Counted from the stretch's first letter, positions 49,532 to 60,152 are shown. The stretch: DNA of 64,000 bases from Candidatus Poribacteria bacterium (GCA_965215015.1 OZ244042.1:1280001-1344000), one strand, 5' to 3'. Notes: generated by a model not told the origin, from the sequence alone. Numbers and translations: made by a program.

Positions 49532-50407
49532 TTAGTGAATAAAGCCGCTCCGTCGTAGATCTCGCAGAATGAACTGTTCAATTGGTGTTTGATGATTCAT
49601 ACGAATATAAGTCACGCCGCGATTCAGGCAATAGCGTTTCAAATTTTCACAAAAAGTGTTCAATCGCTCGGTGTAACTCATGAGAGCCTGTTCATTGACG
49701 GTAATTTCTTTAGACTGTCCCGTTTCCGCATCCGCTAACTGTAACTCGCCCGAAAGTCGCGGGTGCATTTCTTCATCACTGAGGAGGTGAATGAGCGTCA
49801 GGTCGAAACTTCGAGATAGAAGTTGCTTAACCCCTGTCTCATAACCGTCCATATCCCAAAAATCCGAGATAATAATTCCAACCCCCCCTCCCTTTATTTC
49901 GGTGGCAAAACGTTGCAGGCACGTTGTTAGATGCGTTTCTCCGCCCCCGGCAATTTCCTCAATGGCTTGTGACAGCTTTGGAAACTGCGCTTTTCCGTAC
50001 GTGAGGGATACGATAGGGGTCAGCTGATCTGAGAACGTATAAACTGAGACACGATCAAAACTGATTAGGCCAATATAACTCAGTGCTGCAGCAATCCGTT
50101 TAGCACATTCTAGTTTCGTGGGCTGTCCGAAATCCATTGACATGCTGTTATCGATCAAGATAAAGATCGGGAGATCTTCCTCTGCATTGAATAGCTTAAG
50201 AAAGAGTCGATCCAATCGGGCATAGACGTTCCAGTCAATATGACGCAGATCGTCACCAAGTTCATAGGTCCGGTAATCCGCAAATTCAACGCTTGCACCC
50301 CGGTTGAGGCTGCGTCTTTCGCCTTTGAACTTCCCCCGAAATACATTTTCAGAACGAATTTGGAGGCGATCCATCTGTTTGAGAAATTTGGGGTCTAAAA
50401 GGGACAT
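49532..50407 (-). CDS. DUF58 family protein
   Basis: EFADYRTYELGDDLRHIDWN, DNSMSM, IISDF. Confidence 0.92.
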   Translation of the reverse strand: MSLLDPKFLKQMDRLQIRSENVFRGKFKGERRSLNRGASVEFADYRTYELGDDLRHIDWNVYARLDRLFLKLFNAEEDLPIFILIDNSMSMDFGQPTKLECAKRIAAALSYIGLISFDRVSVYTFSDQLTPIVSLTYGKAQFPKLSQAIEEIAGGGETHLTTCLQRFATEIKGGGVGIIISDFWDMDGYETGVKQLLSRSFDLTLIHLLSDEEMHPRLSGELQLADAETGQSKEITVNEQALMSYTERLNTFCENLKRYCLNRGVTYIRMNHQTPIEQFILRDLRRSGFIH

Positions 50408-50621
50408 TGGTTTTCCACCTAATAAACGGATCAAGAACGACTGAGGTTGTCATTGGTTGGTGCGACAACGTACTATTTTACCAGACCCTTGCTTAAACTG
50501 CCAGACAAATGTCTTGAGTATAAAAGATTTCTCTTGTCCTATCGGGCTTTCCGTCACACCAAAGTCGTTTGAGGAGTCCTACGATAATAGATCTTCCCTT
50601 TCTATTAACCTAAATTTTGAC

Positions 50622-50650
50622 TTGCAACTACCTATAAAATGTGTTATATT
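50622..50650 (+). promoter_or_regulatory. probable promoter of the tRNA cluster
   Basis: TTGCAA, 17 nt, TATATT with TG extension. Confidence 0.5.
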
Positions 50651-50772
50651 TTTCGGGCTTTTTGCAGCAAGTCTGAAAAAAGACGGGCGTAACATGGCCC
50701 GATTAATGTATTCCGATCGAAGAGATCGGAAAGGCGGAGGTTTGAATTCTTTTCGTCTTGTCTTTTTTGTAT

Positions 50773-50849
50773 GCGCCCGTAGCTCAGCCGGATAGAGCAC
50801 CTGACTTCTAATCAGGTGGTCGCAGGTTCGAACCCTGCCGGGCGTGCCA
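50773..50849 (+). tRNA. tRNA-Arg(TCT)
   Basis: Cloverleaf; anticodon arm CCTGA-CT-TCT-AA-TCAGG; GGTTCGAAC; encoded CCA. Confidence 0.96.
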
Positions 50850-50858
50850 AACCTTTAT

Positions 50859-50932
50859 GGTGGATGTAGCTCAGTCGGTAGAGCGCTTGACTGTGGATCA
50901 AGTGGCCGTGGGTTCAAATCCCATCATCCACC
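50859..50932 (+). tRNA. tRNA-His(GTG)
   Basis: G-1:C73; anticodon arm CTTGA-CT-GTG-GA-TCAAG. Confidence 0.95.
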
Positions 50933-50940
50933 CTTTTTTT

Positions 50941-51015
50941 CGGGGCGTAGCGCAGCCCGGTTAGCGCGTCTGCTTTGGGAGCAGAAGGTCGGAGGTTCAA
51001 ATCCTCTCGCCCCGA
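50941..51015 (+). tRNA. tRNA-Pro(TGG)
   Basis: CGGGGCG/CGCCCCG acceptor; TCTGC-TT-TGG-GA-GCAGA. Confidence 0.96.
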
Positions 51016-51023
51016 TTCGCGGG

Positions 51024-51053
51024 TTGACAACCCTACTAGATATGGGTTATGAT
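51024..51053 (+). promoter_or_regulatory. internal promoter for the second tRNA triplet and tig
   Basis: TTGACA, 18 nt, TATGAT. Confidence 0.55.
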
Positions 51054-51096
51054 CTCCTCTTATCTTTTAATTCTGTTTCGATGAAGTTAGCAACAT

Positions 51097-51170
51097 GCGT
51101 CCGTAGTTCAATTGGATAGAGCAATAGACTTCGGATCTATAAGTTGGGGGTTCGAGTCCCTCCGGGCGCG
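51097..51170 (+). tRNA. tRNA-Arg(TCG)
   Basis: ATAGA-CT-TCG-GA-TCTAT; GGTTCGAGT. Confidence 0.93.
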
Positions 51171-51180
51171 TTTTTCTTCT

Positions 51181-51257
51181 GCGCCGTTAGCTCAACCAGG
51201 CAGAGCATCTGACTCTTAATCAGGCGGTTGAAGGTTCGATTCCTTCACGGCGCACCA
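51181..51257 (+). tRNA. tRNA-Lys(CTT)
   Basis: TCTGA-CT-CTT-AA-TCAGG; encoded CCA. Confidence 0.96.
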
Positions 51258-51266
51258 TTTTGACGT

Positions 51267-51353
51267 GGGCGGGTGTTGGAACCGGTAGACAAGATAGATT
51301 TAGGATCTATTGGGGTTTTCCCCGTGAGGGTTCAAGTCCCTCCTCGCCCACCA
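51267..51353 (+). tRNA. tRNA-Leu(TAG)
   Basis: Long variable arm; ATAGA-TT-TAG-GA-TCTAT; encoded CCA; common position before tig. Confidence 0.95.
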
Positions 51354-51384
51354 AACGCTTTTCTGATGTAATCTGGAGGTCTAC

Positions 51385-52686
51385 TTGAAGGTCGAAGTTG
51401 AAAGGTTGGGAAACAGTCAGGTACGTTTACGCGTTGAAATTTCCGCTGAAGAAGTCAACCAAGAGCTTGAACGTAACTGCCAAGCTTTGCGAACCAAGGT
51501 GTCAGCTCCCGGTTTTCGCAAAGGAAGAGTTCCCCTGAGTATCCTTAAATCACGATTTGCAGAGCACCTCAAAGCTGAAGCCATCCAAAATCTCGTTCCA
51601 CCTGCCTATGAACAGGCTTTGATTTCTGAACGGCTGATTCCCCTTGGCAACCTTGAGCTTTCGCCGCCCATGCACCAGATGAAACTTAAGGAGGGCGAGC
51701 CACTTGTTTTTGAAGCAACGCTTGATGTCAAGCCTGATTTTGTCATCCCAGAATACGAAGATTTAGTCATTGATAAATCACCTCCGAATGTTCCTCGTGA
51801 GGAAGTGGAGGAGTATATTCAGCGGTTGCAGGAACAGTTTGCTACCTACATTCCGCTTGAAGTGGACCGTCCAGTCGAAGAAAGCGACTCCGTGCGGATT
51901 GACTGGGAATGCCTTGTTGACGGGACACCAATCACTGATGGAAGTAAACAGGATGCGGATATCGATATTGGCACGGGGATGCTCCTGCCAGCAGTTGAGT
52001 CCGAGATAATTGGTATGCGTGCGGCTGAGAACCGGCAGGTTGAAATGGACTTCGATGGTGATCATGACAACCCTGAGCTTGCCGGCAAACATGCTGTATT
52101 TAACGTAACACTCCGAGCAATCACGGAGAAGCAGCTGCCACGCCTTGATGACGAATTTGCAAAAGATTTGGAATACGAAAATTATAATCAACTCCGGGGG
52201 GCGATTTGGAATAATCTTGTCGAGGAGCAGAAGGTGCTCCACAATCAGCGTCAGCGAGAAGAAATCCTTCAACAGCTAATCGAAAAAACGGCGATTGAAA
52301 TTCCTGAATCCATTGTTGATCAGCATGTGCAGCAAACGGTTCGAAACATTCTCCAACGATTAAGGCAAGAAGGACAAACCCCTGAACAGGCGGGAATAGA
52401 TATGGCAAGATTGCCGACGGAATTGCGCGAAGATGCAATCAAGCAAACGAAGCAGGCGTGGATGTTTGATGTCATCGCTGAACGTGAAAATATTAGGGTT
52501 ACGGACGATGAGTTGGATATAGAAATTCAGCGCATCGCCGAACAGCAAAATCGGGACCCTCAAAAGTATGCGAGCTTACTGAAGGAGAGCAATCGTTTGG
52601 AGGAGTTTCGAGACACGTTGCGGAACGATAAGGTCTACCGTCTTCTGATTCAGCGTGCTTCTGCCAAAAAATCTTTGATTATTTAA
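51385..52686 (+). CDS. tig: trigger factor
   Basis: PGFRKGRVP ribosome-binding motif, LDDEFAK; TTG start with GGAGG; upstream of clpP. Confidence 0.96.
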   Translation: MKVEVERLGNSQVRLRVEISAEEVNQELERNCQALRTKVSAPGFRKGRVPLSILKSRFAEHLKAEAIQNLVPPAYEQALISERLIPLGNLELSPPMHQMKLKEGEPLVFEATLDVKPDFVIPEYEDLVIDKSPPNVPREEVEEYIQRLQEQFATYIPLEVDRPVEESDSVRIDWECLVDGTPITDGSKQDADIDIGTGMLLPAVESEIIGMRAAENRQVEMDFDGDHDNPELAGKHAVFNVTLRAITEKQLPRLDDEFAKDLEYENYNQLRGAIWNNLVEEQKVLHNQRQREEILQQLIEKTAIEIPESIVDQHVQQTVRNILQRLRQEGQTPEQAGIDMARLPTELREDAIKQTKQAWMFDVIAERENIRVTDDELDIEIQRIAEQQNRDPQKYASLLKESNRLEEFRDTLRNDKVYRLLIQRASAKKSLII

Positions 52687-52735
52687 TTATAAGAGAAAAA
52701 CGCCTCCCATCAGGGGGTGAGGAGAATTTTTTAGG

Positions 52736-53347
52736 ATGAATCTTGTTCCAATTGTTGTGGAACAAACAAGTCGCGGCGAGCGCTCTTACGATATTTACTC
52801 GCGGCTGCTGAGGGATCGGATTATCATGGTTGGTTCGGTGATTGATGATAGTGTCGCGAACAGTGTCATGGCTCAGATGCTTTTTTTAGAGAGCGATAAT
52901 CCTGACGCGGATATCATGCTTTACTTAAACACGCTGGGCGGATCTGTACCAGCTGGGTTAGCAATCTATGACACGATGCAATATATCAGACCTGATGTGC
53001 AAACGTGGTGTGTCGGGCAAGCCTATAGTATGGGCGCGGTCTTGCTTGCTGGGGGCACAAGTGGCAAACGGTATGCCTTACCCCACTCTACCACCCTGAT
53101 TCATCAACCCATCACTAGGGGCATTAGCGGTCAGGCGTCTGATATTGATATCCATGCGAAAGAGATTCTTCGGACTCGCGAAGAGCTATATACCATCTTA
53201 GCTCGGCACACGGGACAATCGCCGAATAAAATTGAGGCAGATGCAGACCGCGATTTTTATATGACCGCCCAAGAGGCACTCGAATACGGTATTATTGATT
53301 CAGTCCCTTCCCGTCGGTCCGTCGAATCAGTTGAACGTGATGCCTAA
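52736..53347 (+). CDS. clpP: ATP-dependent Clp protease proteolytic subunit
   Basis: [23 protein letters not shown] (Ser), IHQP (His), DRD. Confidence 0.97.
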   Translation: MNLVPIVVEQTSRGERSYDIYSRLLRDRIIMVGSVIDDSVANSVMAQMLFLESDNPDADIMLYLNTLGGSVPAGLAIYDTMQYIRPDVQTWCVGQAYSMGAVLLAGGTSGKRYALPHSTTLIHQPITRGISGQASDIDIHAKEILRTREELYTILARHTGQSPNKIEADADRDFYMTAQEALEYGIIDSVPSRRSVESVERDA

Positions 53348-53500
53348 TGTGCATACCGTCAAACATTTTATAAATACAAAGGTTCTATCTTGGTTTTTAC
53401 GAATAGCTTCCGTTTCAAGAAACTGAACAAGTTGGGTGACAGGTGCCTTCTCAACGGGGTGTGATATTGTTGTCGTCATTGAACAAATTTGGAGACTTCC

Positions 53501-54772
53501 ATGCAGGATATTATTAATCAACAGCGGTGTTCCTTTTGCAATAAGGGCCAAGAAGAGGTACGCAAGCTCATTGCAAGCCCTATCGGAACTGGTGTTTACG
53601 TTTGTAATGAGTGTGTTGAATTATGTAATGACATTTTAACAGATCTGTATGAGACGGAAGAAGAGGAAGAATTTACCGCAGTTCCAGGTTCCCTATCCCC
53701 CCCGCTGCCTTCTGAAATTAAGGCACAGCTTGATAAATATGTAATTGGTCAGGATGAAGCAAAGAAAATTCTTTCCGTTGCTGTATACAATCACTACAAA
53801 AAACTACAATTCCATACAGACTCAAATGTTGAGTTAGAAAAAAGTAATATCCTGTTGATTGGTCCTACGGGAACGGGTAAAACCCTTCTGGCACAAACCT
53901 TAGCACGTATTTTAAATGTGCCTTTCGCTATCACCGACGCAACGACACTGACAGAAGCCGGATATGTGGGCGAAGATGTTGAAAATATCATCCTGAAGCT
54001 AGTACAAGCGGCAGAAGGCGATATCGCACGCGCAGAGCAAGGAATTATTTATATTGACGAAATCGACAAGATTAGCCGCAAATCCGAAAATCCATCGATT
54101 ACGAGAGATGTTTCAGGGGAAGGTGTTCAGCAAGCACTATTGAAAATCTTGGAAGGAAAGACAGCGAATGTTCCCCCTCAAGGAGGACGAAAACACCCCC
54201 ATCAAGAATTAATTGAAGTGAATACTTCAAAGGTCTTGTTTATATGTGGTGGTACCTTTGTTGGTCTGGATAAGATTATTGAACAACGTATTGGACACCA
54301 AGGGTTGGGATTCGGATCCTCAGTTCAAGCAAAGAGCGAAAGAAAGGTTCACGAAACCCTCTCACAGGCTGCTCCGAAGGATTTAATCCAGTACGGCTTC
54401 ATCCCGGAGTTTGTCGGACGCCTGCCTGTCACTGCGGTGCTGCATGACCTTGACGAATCCGCCTTGATCCAAATTTTAACCGAACCCCAAAATGCTCTGA
54501 TAAAACAGTATACCGAGCTGCTTCGTTACGATAAAGTAGCGTTGCATGTCGCGGACGACGCAATCAGAGCTATCGCTCAGGAAGCCATAAGGCGTGAAAC
54601 GGGCGCCAGGGGGCTAAGGGCAATCTTGGAAAGCCTGATGTTAGATATTATGTATGAAATTCCATCTTCCCCCAAACTAGTCAAAGAATGTATCATTACT
54701 GCAGAAGCTATTTTGAAAAATGAACCGCCTTTATTGGTTTATGAAGATGAACAAGAGGCTTTAACTGCCTAG
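53501..54772 (+). CDS. clpX: Clp protease ATPase ClpX
   Basis: CSFC..C..C zinc finger, [28 protein letters not shown]; ATG 53501 after GGAGA. Confidence 0.98.
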   Translation: MQDIINQQRCSFCNKGQEEVRKLIASPIGTGVYVCNECVELCNDILTDLYETEEEEEFTAVPGSLSPPLPSEIKAQLDKYVIGQDEAKKILSVAVYNHYKKLQFHTDSNVELEKSNILLIGPTGTGKTLLAQTLARILNVPFAITDATTLTEAGYVGEDVENIILKLVQAAEGDIARAEQGIIYIDEIDKISRKSENPSITRDVSGEGVQQALLKILEGKTANVPPQGGRKHPHQELIEVNTSKVLFICGGTFVGLDKIIEQRIGHQGLGFGSSVQAKSERKVHETLSQAAPKDLIQYGFIPEFVGRLPVTAVLHDLDESALIQILTEPQNALIKQYTELLRYDKVALHVADDAIRAIAQEAIRRETGARGLRAILESLMLDIMYEIPSSPKLVKECIITAEAILKNEPPLLVYEDEQEALTA

Positions 54773-54833
54773 CAAATTAACGAATGGGTGAATTACGTAT
54801 CACGTACTACGTTTTACATTCAAGGAGTTCATT

Positions 54834-57293
54834 ATGAGCCAAGATTCGAGCACAGACCTTCAAGCTGATGAGGTTGTTATACTTCCAGTGATTCCGACCC
54901 CTGGGAAGGTCTTCTTTCCCCGCACAAGCACCCCTTTAAATGTCATTCGCAAAATGGGAGTCCGGGCGACAAAATATGCTGTACAGACAAATCAAGACGT
55001 ACTGTTGCTCAATCAAAAAGACAAAGATGAGGAAAACCCGGGGCCCGAGGGCTTTTATCGTGTCGGTACAGCTACAAGCATTGCAGATTCTTATGATCCG
55101 CGCGATGGAAGCATTCGGATTGCAATTGAAGGATATAGCCGTGCAATCGTGCTACGCTGCTTTGAAACGGACGGTTTCCTGAAAGCAGAGGTTAAAATTG
55201 TCCACGAGGAGTTAGATCAATCAAAGCAAGCAACGTCATTGAGGAAAACAGCGGTTGAGGCCTTTGAAGAATATGTCAAGGGGAATCGTCAAACACCTGA
55301 AGAGGCTCTAATGGTTGTCCAAAAAGAGGTTGAGCCGGGGCATCTTGCGGACTCAATTGCCGGCTTCACCAACATGGACGCGGAGAGATTACAAGGCGTA
55401 TTAGACGAGATTAACCCGATTAAACGGCTTCAGATTGTTATTGACCTGCTTCGGGAAGACTTGGAGCTTTTCAAGCTGGACGATAAAATCAATACGCAGG
55501 TGCGTAAGTCTGTTGAGCGGACTCATAGGGAATTTTATCTTCAGGAAAAGATGAAAGCCATCCAGAAGGAGCTGGGTCGAGGAGATGAACAGGGGGACAT
55601 TGATGAGCTGCGGGAGCAGATTGAGACGGCAGGTATGACCGAGGAAGCGCAAGAAAAAGCTTTGAAAGAGCTTGACCGACTGCAACAGATGCCGCCGATG
55701 TCTGCAGAATCGGGTGTCATCCGCACCTATATCGACTGGCTCCTCGCCTTACCTTGGGATAAACAGACGGAGAGCGAAATTGACTTAGAAGGAGCGGAGA
55801 AAATACTAGACGATGACCACTATGGCCTTGAGAAACCGAAAGAACGAATCCTTGAGTATCTTGCCGTGCTGCAATTGGTCAAGAAACTCAAGGGGCCCAT
55901 TCTCTGTTTCGTCGGTCCCCCCGGCGTCGGAAAAACCTCATTGGGTCAGTCAATTGCCAGAGCAACCGGGCGGAACTTCGTCCGCATGTCTTTGGGAGGT
56001 GTTCGGGACGAAGCCGAAATCCGTGGGCATCGCCGGACCTACATCGGATCTTTGCCGGGCAGAATTATTCAAGGGCTTCGGGATGCAAAATCGAGGAACC
56101 CGCTTTTCCTCCTGGACGAAATTGACAAGATGAGTATGGACTTTCGGGGCGATCCGGCATCGGCACTGCTTGAAGTGCTTGACCCGGAGCAGAATGGAAC
56201 TTTTCGGGACCATTACTTGGATGTAGCGTTCGATCTCTCGGAGATTATGTTTATAACCACTGCAAATACACGGGAGCCAATTCCGCCCGCTCTGGAAGAC
56301 CGCATGGAGATTATCGAACTCCCCGGTTACACGGAATATGAGAAGCACAAAATCGCCAACCTATTCTTGATTCCCAAGCAAATTGAAGCCCACGGACTCA
56401 AGGAGGAGGGCCTCAAATTATCGGACGATGTAATTTTTGACATCATTCACAGGTATACCCGTGAAGCGGGGGTCCGAAACCTAGAACGCGAAATTACGAG
56501 TATCTGTCGCAAAGTTGCTAGAGAAGTTGTAAAAGGCGGCAAGACAGAGGTGGAAATTGAGGTTGGTGTTGAAAATTTAACAGAATATCTCGGTCCTCCG
56601 AAATTTGCACAGGGAAAAGGGGAAAAACAGGATGAGGTCGGTGTCGCGACGGGGTTGGTTGTTTCACAGGCCGGTGGAGATGTTGTTCCAATTGAAGTCG
56701 CTACAATGGTTGGGGAGGGCAAGCTAAATATGACAGGCAGACTTCAGGAAATTATGCGCGAATCTGTTCAGACGGCACTCGGTTACATTCGTTCTCAAGC
56801 GGAATCTCTTGAGGTGCCGCCTGATTTTGAGTTCAATAAACACGATATCCACATCCATGTGCCTGAGGGTGCGATTCCCGTGGAGGGTCCATCGGCAGGC
56901 ATTACGCTTGCCACTGCGATGATTTCTGCGATGACAGGACATCGGGTCCGTAAGGATTTCGCGATGACCGGTGAGATCACCTTGCGTGGGCATGTCCTTC
57001 CGATTGGCGGGTTGAAAGAGAAGGTGCTCGCAGCACACCGCAATAGCATCAAGAACGTTATTATCCCCGAAGAGAACGATAAGGATATTCCCGATATTCC
57101 TGAAGAGATTCGAGATGCCCTGCATTTTCACAAGGTCACTGATATGAGTGAAGTGCTCGCTCTCACTCTGAAGAAATCCGATTCGTCTAATGATGTTACT
57201 CAAGAGGGTGATGATATAACTGAAGTATTGGATTTACCTCTGGGGACCCCCGATGCGCCTCGACAAATTCCTACAGGTGAGCCGCCTCATTAA
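54834..57293 (+). CDS. lon: Lon protease
   Basis: GPPGVGKTS, LLDEIDK, GPSAG (Ser), IGGLKEK (Lys). Confidence 0.98.
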   Translation: MSQDSSTDLQADEVVILPVIPTPGKVFFPRTSTPLNVIRKMGVRATKYAVQTNQDVLLLNQKDKDEENPGPEGFYRVGTATSIADSYDPRDGSIRIAIEGYSRAIVLRCFETDGFLKAEVKIVHEELDQSKQATSLRKTAVEAFEEYVKGNRQTPEEALMVVQKEVEPGHLADSIAGFTNMDAERLQGVLDEINPIKRLQIVIDLLREDLELFKLDDKINTQVRKSVERTHREFYLQEKMKAIQKELGRGDEQGDIDELREQIETAGMTEEAQEKALKELDRLQQMPPMSAESGVIRTYIDWLLALPWDKQTESEIDLEGAEKILDDDHYGLEKPKERILEYLAVLQLVKKLKGPILCFVGPPGVGKTSLGQSIARATGRNFVRMSLGGVRDEAEIRGHRRTYIGSLPGRIIQGLRDAKSRNPLFLLDEIDKMSMDFRGDPASALLEVLDPEQNGTFRDHYLDVAFDLSEIMFITTANTREPIPPALEDRMEIIELPGYTEYEKHKIANLFLIPKQIEAHGLKEEGLKLSDDVIFDIIHRYTREAGVRNLEREITSICRKVAREVVKGGKTEVEIEVGVENLTEYLGPPKFAQGKGEKQDEVGVATGLVVSQAGGDVVPIEVATMVGEGKLNMTGRLQEIMRESVQTALGYIRSQAESLEVPPDFEFNKHDIHIHVPEGAIPVEGPSAGITLATAMISAMTGHRVRKDFAMTGEITLRGHVLPIGGLKEKVLAAHRNSIKNVIIPEENDKDIPDIPEEIRDALHFHKVTDMSEVLALTLKKSDSSNDVTQEGDDITEVLDLPLGTPDAPRQIPTGEPPH

Positions 57294-57519
57294 GCGGCGC
57301 ACTGTTGCCAACTCGATTTGTAGCCGTGGGCGGGTGCTGGTCAATGGACACTCAGCGAAGGCTGGCAAAGAACTGTCTGTTGGTGATATATTATCTATTG
57401 ACTTTGGGGAAGAAGAGCCTGCCGTGTATGAAGTGCTGGAGGTTCCTTCTGGCAATGTTCCGAGAGGGAGAGCCTCAACCCTCTACCGGCGAATCAATGA
57501 ATCGGAAGATAGTGAGTAA
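57253..57519 (+). CDS. S4-domain RNA-binding protein (YabO/RqcP/Hsp15-like)
   Basis: MRLDKFLQVSRLIKRRTVA...GRVLVNG..K..GD. Confidence 0.9.
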   Translation: MRLDKFLQVSRLIKRRTVANSICSRGRVLVNGHSAKAGKELSVGDILSIDFGEEEPAVYEVLEVPSGNVPRGRASTLYRRINESEDSE

Positions 57520-57525
57520 ATTCTC

Positions 57526-57559
57526 AGACCTCGGTCGAAGATCGAGGTCTATTTTTTTT
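57526..57559 (+). terminator. Rho-independent terminator of the tig-clpPX-lon-S4 operon
   Basis: AGACCTCGGTC / GATCGAGGTCT stem followed by A and T8. Confidence 0.85.
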
Positions 57560-57602
57560 CCGTACATAGGAATAGACCGGAACCCTAGGAAAGGATATTG
57601 AT

Positions 57603-59006
57603 ATGGGCGATACCGATATACATGATTACGACCTTATTTGTATTGGCAGCGGCAGCGGCGGGTTTTCAGCAGCGACGGCCGCGAAAACCGAAGGGTTGAA
57701 GAACATTCTTTTGATTGAGAAACGTCGCATCGGATACAGCTTATGTACAAACGAGGGCTGCATGCCCTCCAAAACCTTGCTCGCCTCCGCAAGCGTGAAG
57801 CGTACCTTTGAAGAGAGTCCCAATTTCGGTATCATAGCCAGCAACCTACAGGTCAATTGGTCAACCGTGCAGAAACGCGTCCGAACTTTGGTGGAAAATG
57901 ATTTTTTTGCTGCACGCAGGGAGGCGATCCTCAACGCATCGGTCAATATCGTAGAGGGTAGCGCAAGTTTCACTGATCCGCATACCATTCAGGTTGGAGA
58001 TAACCGTTACGCAGGAGAGAAAATCGTTATTGCCACCGGATCTATGGTTGACGTACCCCCCTTGCATGGGTTAAGAGAGACGGGATACATCACCAGCGAT
58101 GAGGCACTCTATTTGGAGCATCTACCCAGCTCTTTGATTGTCATCGGAAGCGGGTATATCGCTCTGGAGCTGGGATACCTGTTCCACATGGTAGGAGTCG
58201 AAGTTACGATGTTGGTCCGCAGTCCGCGGGTTCTAAGACGCCTTGACCCGGATATCGGCTTTGAATTACAAGACCTACTCAGGAGAGATGGGATGAATAT
58301 CCTGACCGAGACTCAGCTGAAATCACTCACACGCACAGATAAGGGGAAAGAGGTACGCTTCGTGCAGAACGGTGAAGAGAGGGCGGTCAGTGCAGAAGAG
58401 ATTATGGTAAATACGGGCCGCCGCCCCGCGATAGATGGTTTGAATTTGGAAAAAACTGGCTTGCTTCTCGATAAAAAAGGTGGGATTCAGGTCAATGACT
58501 ACATGCAGACCAATGTGCCACACATCTATGCGGTTGGGGATGTCACCGGCAAAGCAGGGTTGGTTTATGCCGCTACCATGGAAGGAAAGATTGCTGGCTT
58601 ACATGCGGCCGGCAAACGCGGCGTCAAAATGAACTACAACTTGGTCTCAAACATCATTTTCTCTCACCCAGAGATTGGCACTGTGGGGATGACCGAAGCG
58701 GAGGCAAAGACGCAGGGATTGGACGTCGTCACTGTGAAAACGCCGATGGAGGATATTGGCAAAGCGGTGGCGATTGGCGAAATAGATGGCTTCGTAAAGA
58801 TGATTGCCGAGCGACCTTCAGGGCGCATCGTGGGGTTACATATTCTCGGCCCCCATGCAACCGATATTATGCAGATTGCGCTGCCACACCTCTATCACAA
58901 CGACACAGTTTTTGATGTTCTAAATATCCCTTATCCGCATCCAACCCTTGGGGAAGCACTCAGTTACCCTGCGGAGGACATAGCGGATGAGCTGAACGCC
59001 GCCTAA
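57603..59006 (+). CDS. class I pyridine nucleotide-disulfide oxidoreductase (dihydrolipoyl dehydrogenase-like)
   Basis: GSGSGG, CTNEGCMPSK, GSGYIALE, IYAVGD, HPTLGE. Confidence 0.9.
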   Translation: MGDTDIHDYDLICIGSGSGGFSAATAAKTEGLKNILLIEKRRIGYSLCTNEGCMPSKTLLASASVKRTFEESPNFGIIASNLQVNWSTVQKRVRTLVENDFFAARREAILNASVNIVEGSASFTDPHTIQVGDNRYAGEKIVIATGSMVDVPPLHGLRETGYITSDEALYLEHLPSSLIVIGSGYIALELGYLFHMVGVEVTMLVRSPRVLRRLDPDIGFELQDLLRRDGMNILTETQLKSLTRTDKGKEVRFVQNGEERAVSAEEIMVNTGRRPAIDGLNLEKTGLLLDKKGGIQVNDYMQTNVPHIYAVGDVTGKAGLVYAATMEGKIAGLHAAGKRGVKMNYNLVSNIIFSHPEIGTVGMTEAEAKTQGLDVVTVKTPMEDIGKAVAIGEIDGFVKMIAERPSGRIVGLHILGPHATDIMQIALPHLYHNDTVFDVLNIPYPHPTLGEALSYPAEDIADELNAA

Positions 59007-59020
59007 GATACTGAAGATCA

Positions 59021-60040
59021 CTAGCCAGATAGCTGTACAAAAAGCACCCACATCGGGTTATTCCCAACCGTGTACGTTTCCAAAGGTTGGAGTTGACCGC
59101 TCTGTGCATTAATCCGGTAGGTAGCGAGTCTCCCCGATCCCTGACCGCCGGCAAACAGAAAATTCCCCGTCAAATCAACGTTGAACGCTCTTGGGGTTGG
59201 CTCTGTTGACCGTTGCCCGATTGTGGTGAGTGCTCCTGTCACATCATCGGTTGAGAATCCGGCAATACTATCATGTCCCCGGTTTGAAACGTACAGGAAT
59301 TTTCCGTTGGGCGTGATGTGAATCTGTGCACAGGAATTTTCTCCGTCAAAATCATCCGGGAGCGTCGAAACCGTCTGAAAAGCGGACAGAGTTCCCGCTG
59401 ACGCATCAAAATTGTAGGCGGTCACGCTGCATCCTTGTTCGTTTGAAAAATAGAGAACATTTTTGTTTGGATGAAAAACGAAGTGACGGGGGCCCTCCCC
59501 TTCCCCAGCAGCAAGCACAGGGACGGAGGCATTGGGGGTCAGGGCGCCGGTATTTTCATCAAATTGGAATTGAAAAATAACATTGGATTCACCAACGTGT
59601 GGGAGAAAAGCGAACTTATTGGATGCATCGGTCATGATGCAATGTGCTTTGTTCGCTGTCGGGCACCATTCGATGGCAGGGCCGCCCACAACTCCGTCCT
59701 CGCCGATAGGATGTACCGACGTCGCTCCGGCACCGTAGTAGGCGGAGAGTAGGAAGTTACCTTTTCCATCTGTGGAGATATAGCAGGGATCTGCCTCAAG
59801 CGATGCTGATCCTATGGGCGACAGGTCGCCTGTGCTTGAATCGATGCTGAAACTTGCGATTTCCCGCGTAGAACGGAGACCTGCGTAAAGGAATTTGCTC
59901 TCAGGATCGATTGCCAATGGTCCAGGAGCACCGCCAACCGCTACATCACGCTGAAACGTGAGCTTCCCTGTTTCCTGATTCAAGGTAAAGGTCGAAATTT
60001 TATTCTCGCCTGCAATCGGAATGTAAACATAGTATGCCAT
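59021..60040 (-). CDS. lactonase family beta-propeller (6-phosphogluconolactonase-like)
   Basis: AHCI, GEGPRHFVFHP, GKFLYVSNRGHDSIA, PRAF, NPMWV. Confidence 0.9.
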   Translation of the reverse strand: MAYYVYIPIAGENKISTFTLNQETGKLTFQRDVAVGGAPGPLAIDPESKFLYAGLRSTREIASFSIDSSTGDLSPIGSASLEADPCYISTDGKGNFLLSAYYGAGATSVHPIGEDGVVGGPAIEWCPTANKAHCIMTDASNKFAFLPHVGESNVIFQFQFDENTGALTPNASVPVLAAGEGEGPRHFVFHPNKNVLYFSNEQGCSVTAYNFDASAGTLSAFQTVSTLPDDFDGENSCAQIHITPNGKFLYVSNRGHDSIAGFSTDDVTGALTTIGQRSTEPTPRAFNVDLTGNFLFAGGQGSGRLATYRINAQSGQLQPLETYTVGNNPMWVLFVQLSG

Positions 60041-60152
60041 TTCTATTTCCTTATCTAAAATATTTGTAATTCAAAACTCAGGTAAAATCATGGGTTAAAC
60101 TACTGTAAGCCCACGGTCTCCACTTCTTTCGCGAAAATTGCTACTCACTCAA

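Noticed and set aside
50844-51119. ORFs across the tRNA cluster and within the repeats (e.g. 15712-16029, 19825-20193, 40081-40427)
   Set aside because: They overlap tRNAs or repeat elements and are chance frames
50773-51353. tRNA cluster as an integration site for an island
   Set aside because: No duplicated tRNA 3' end noticed and no integrase in the window; the flanks are chromosomal genes (DUF58/der and tig)
57603-59006. Mercuric reductase MerA
   Set aside because: No C-terminal Cys-Cys pair or mer context; it has the HPTLGE motif of the dihydrolipoyl dehydrogenase type
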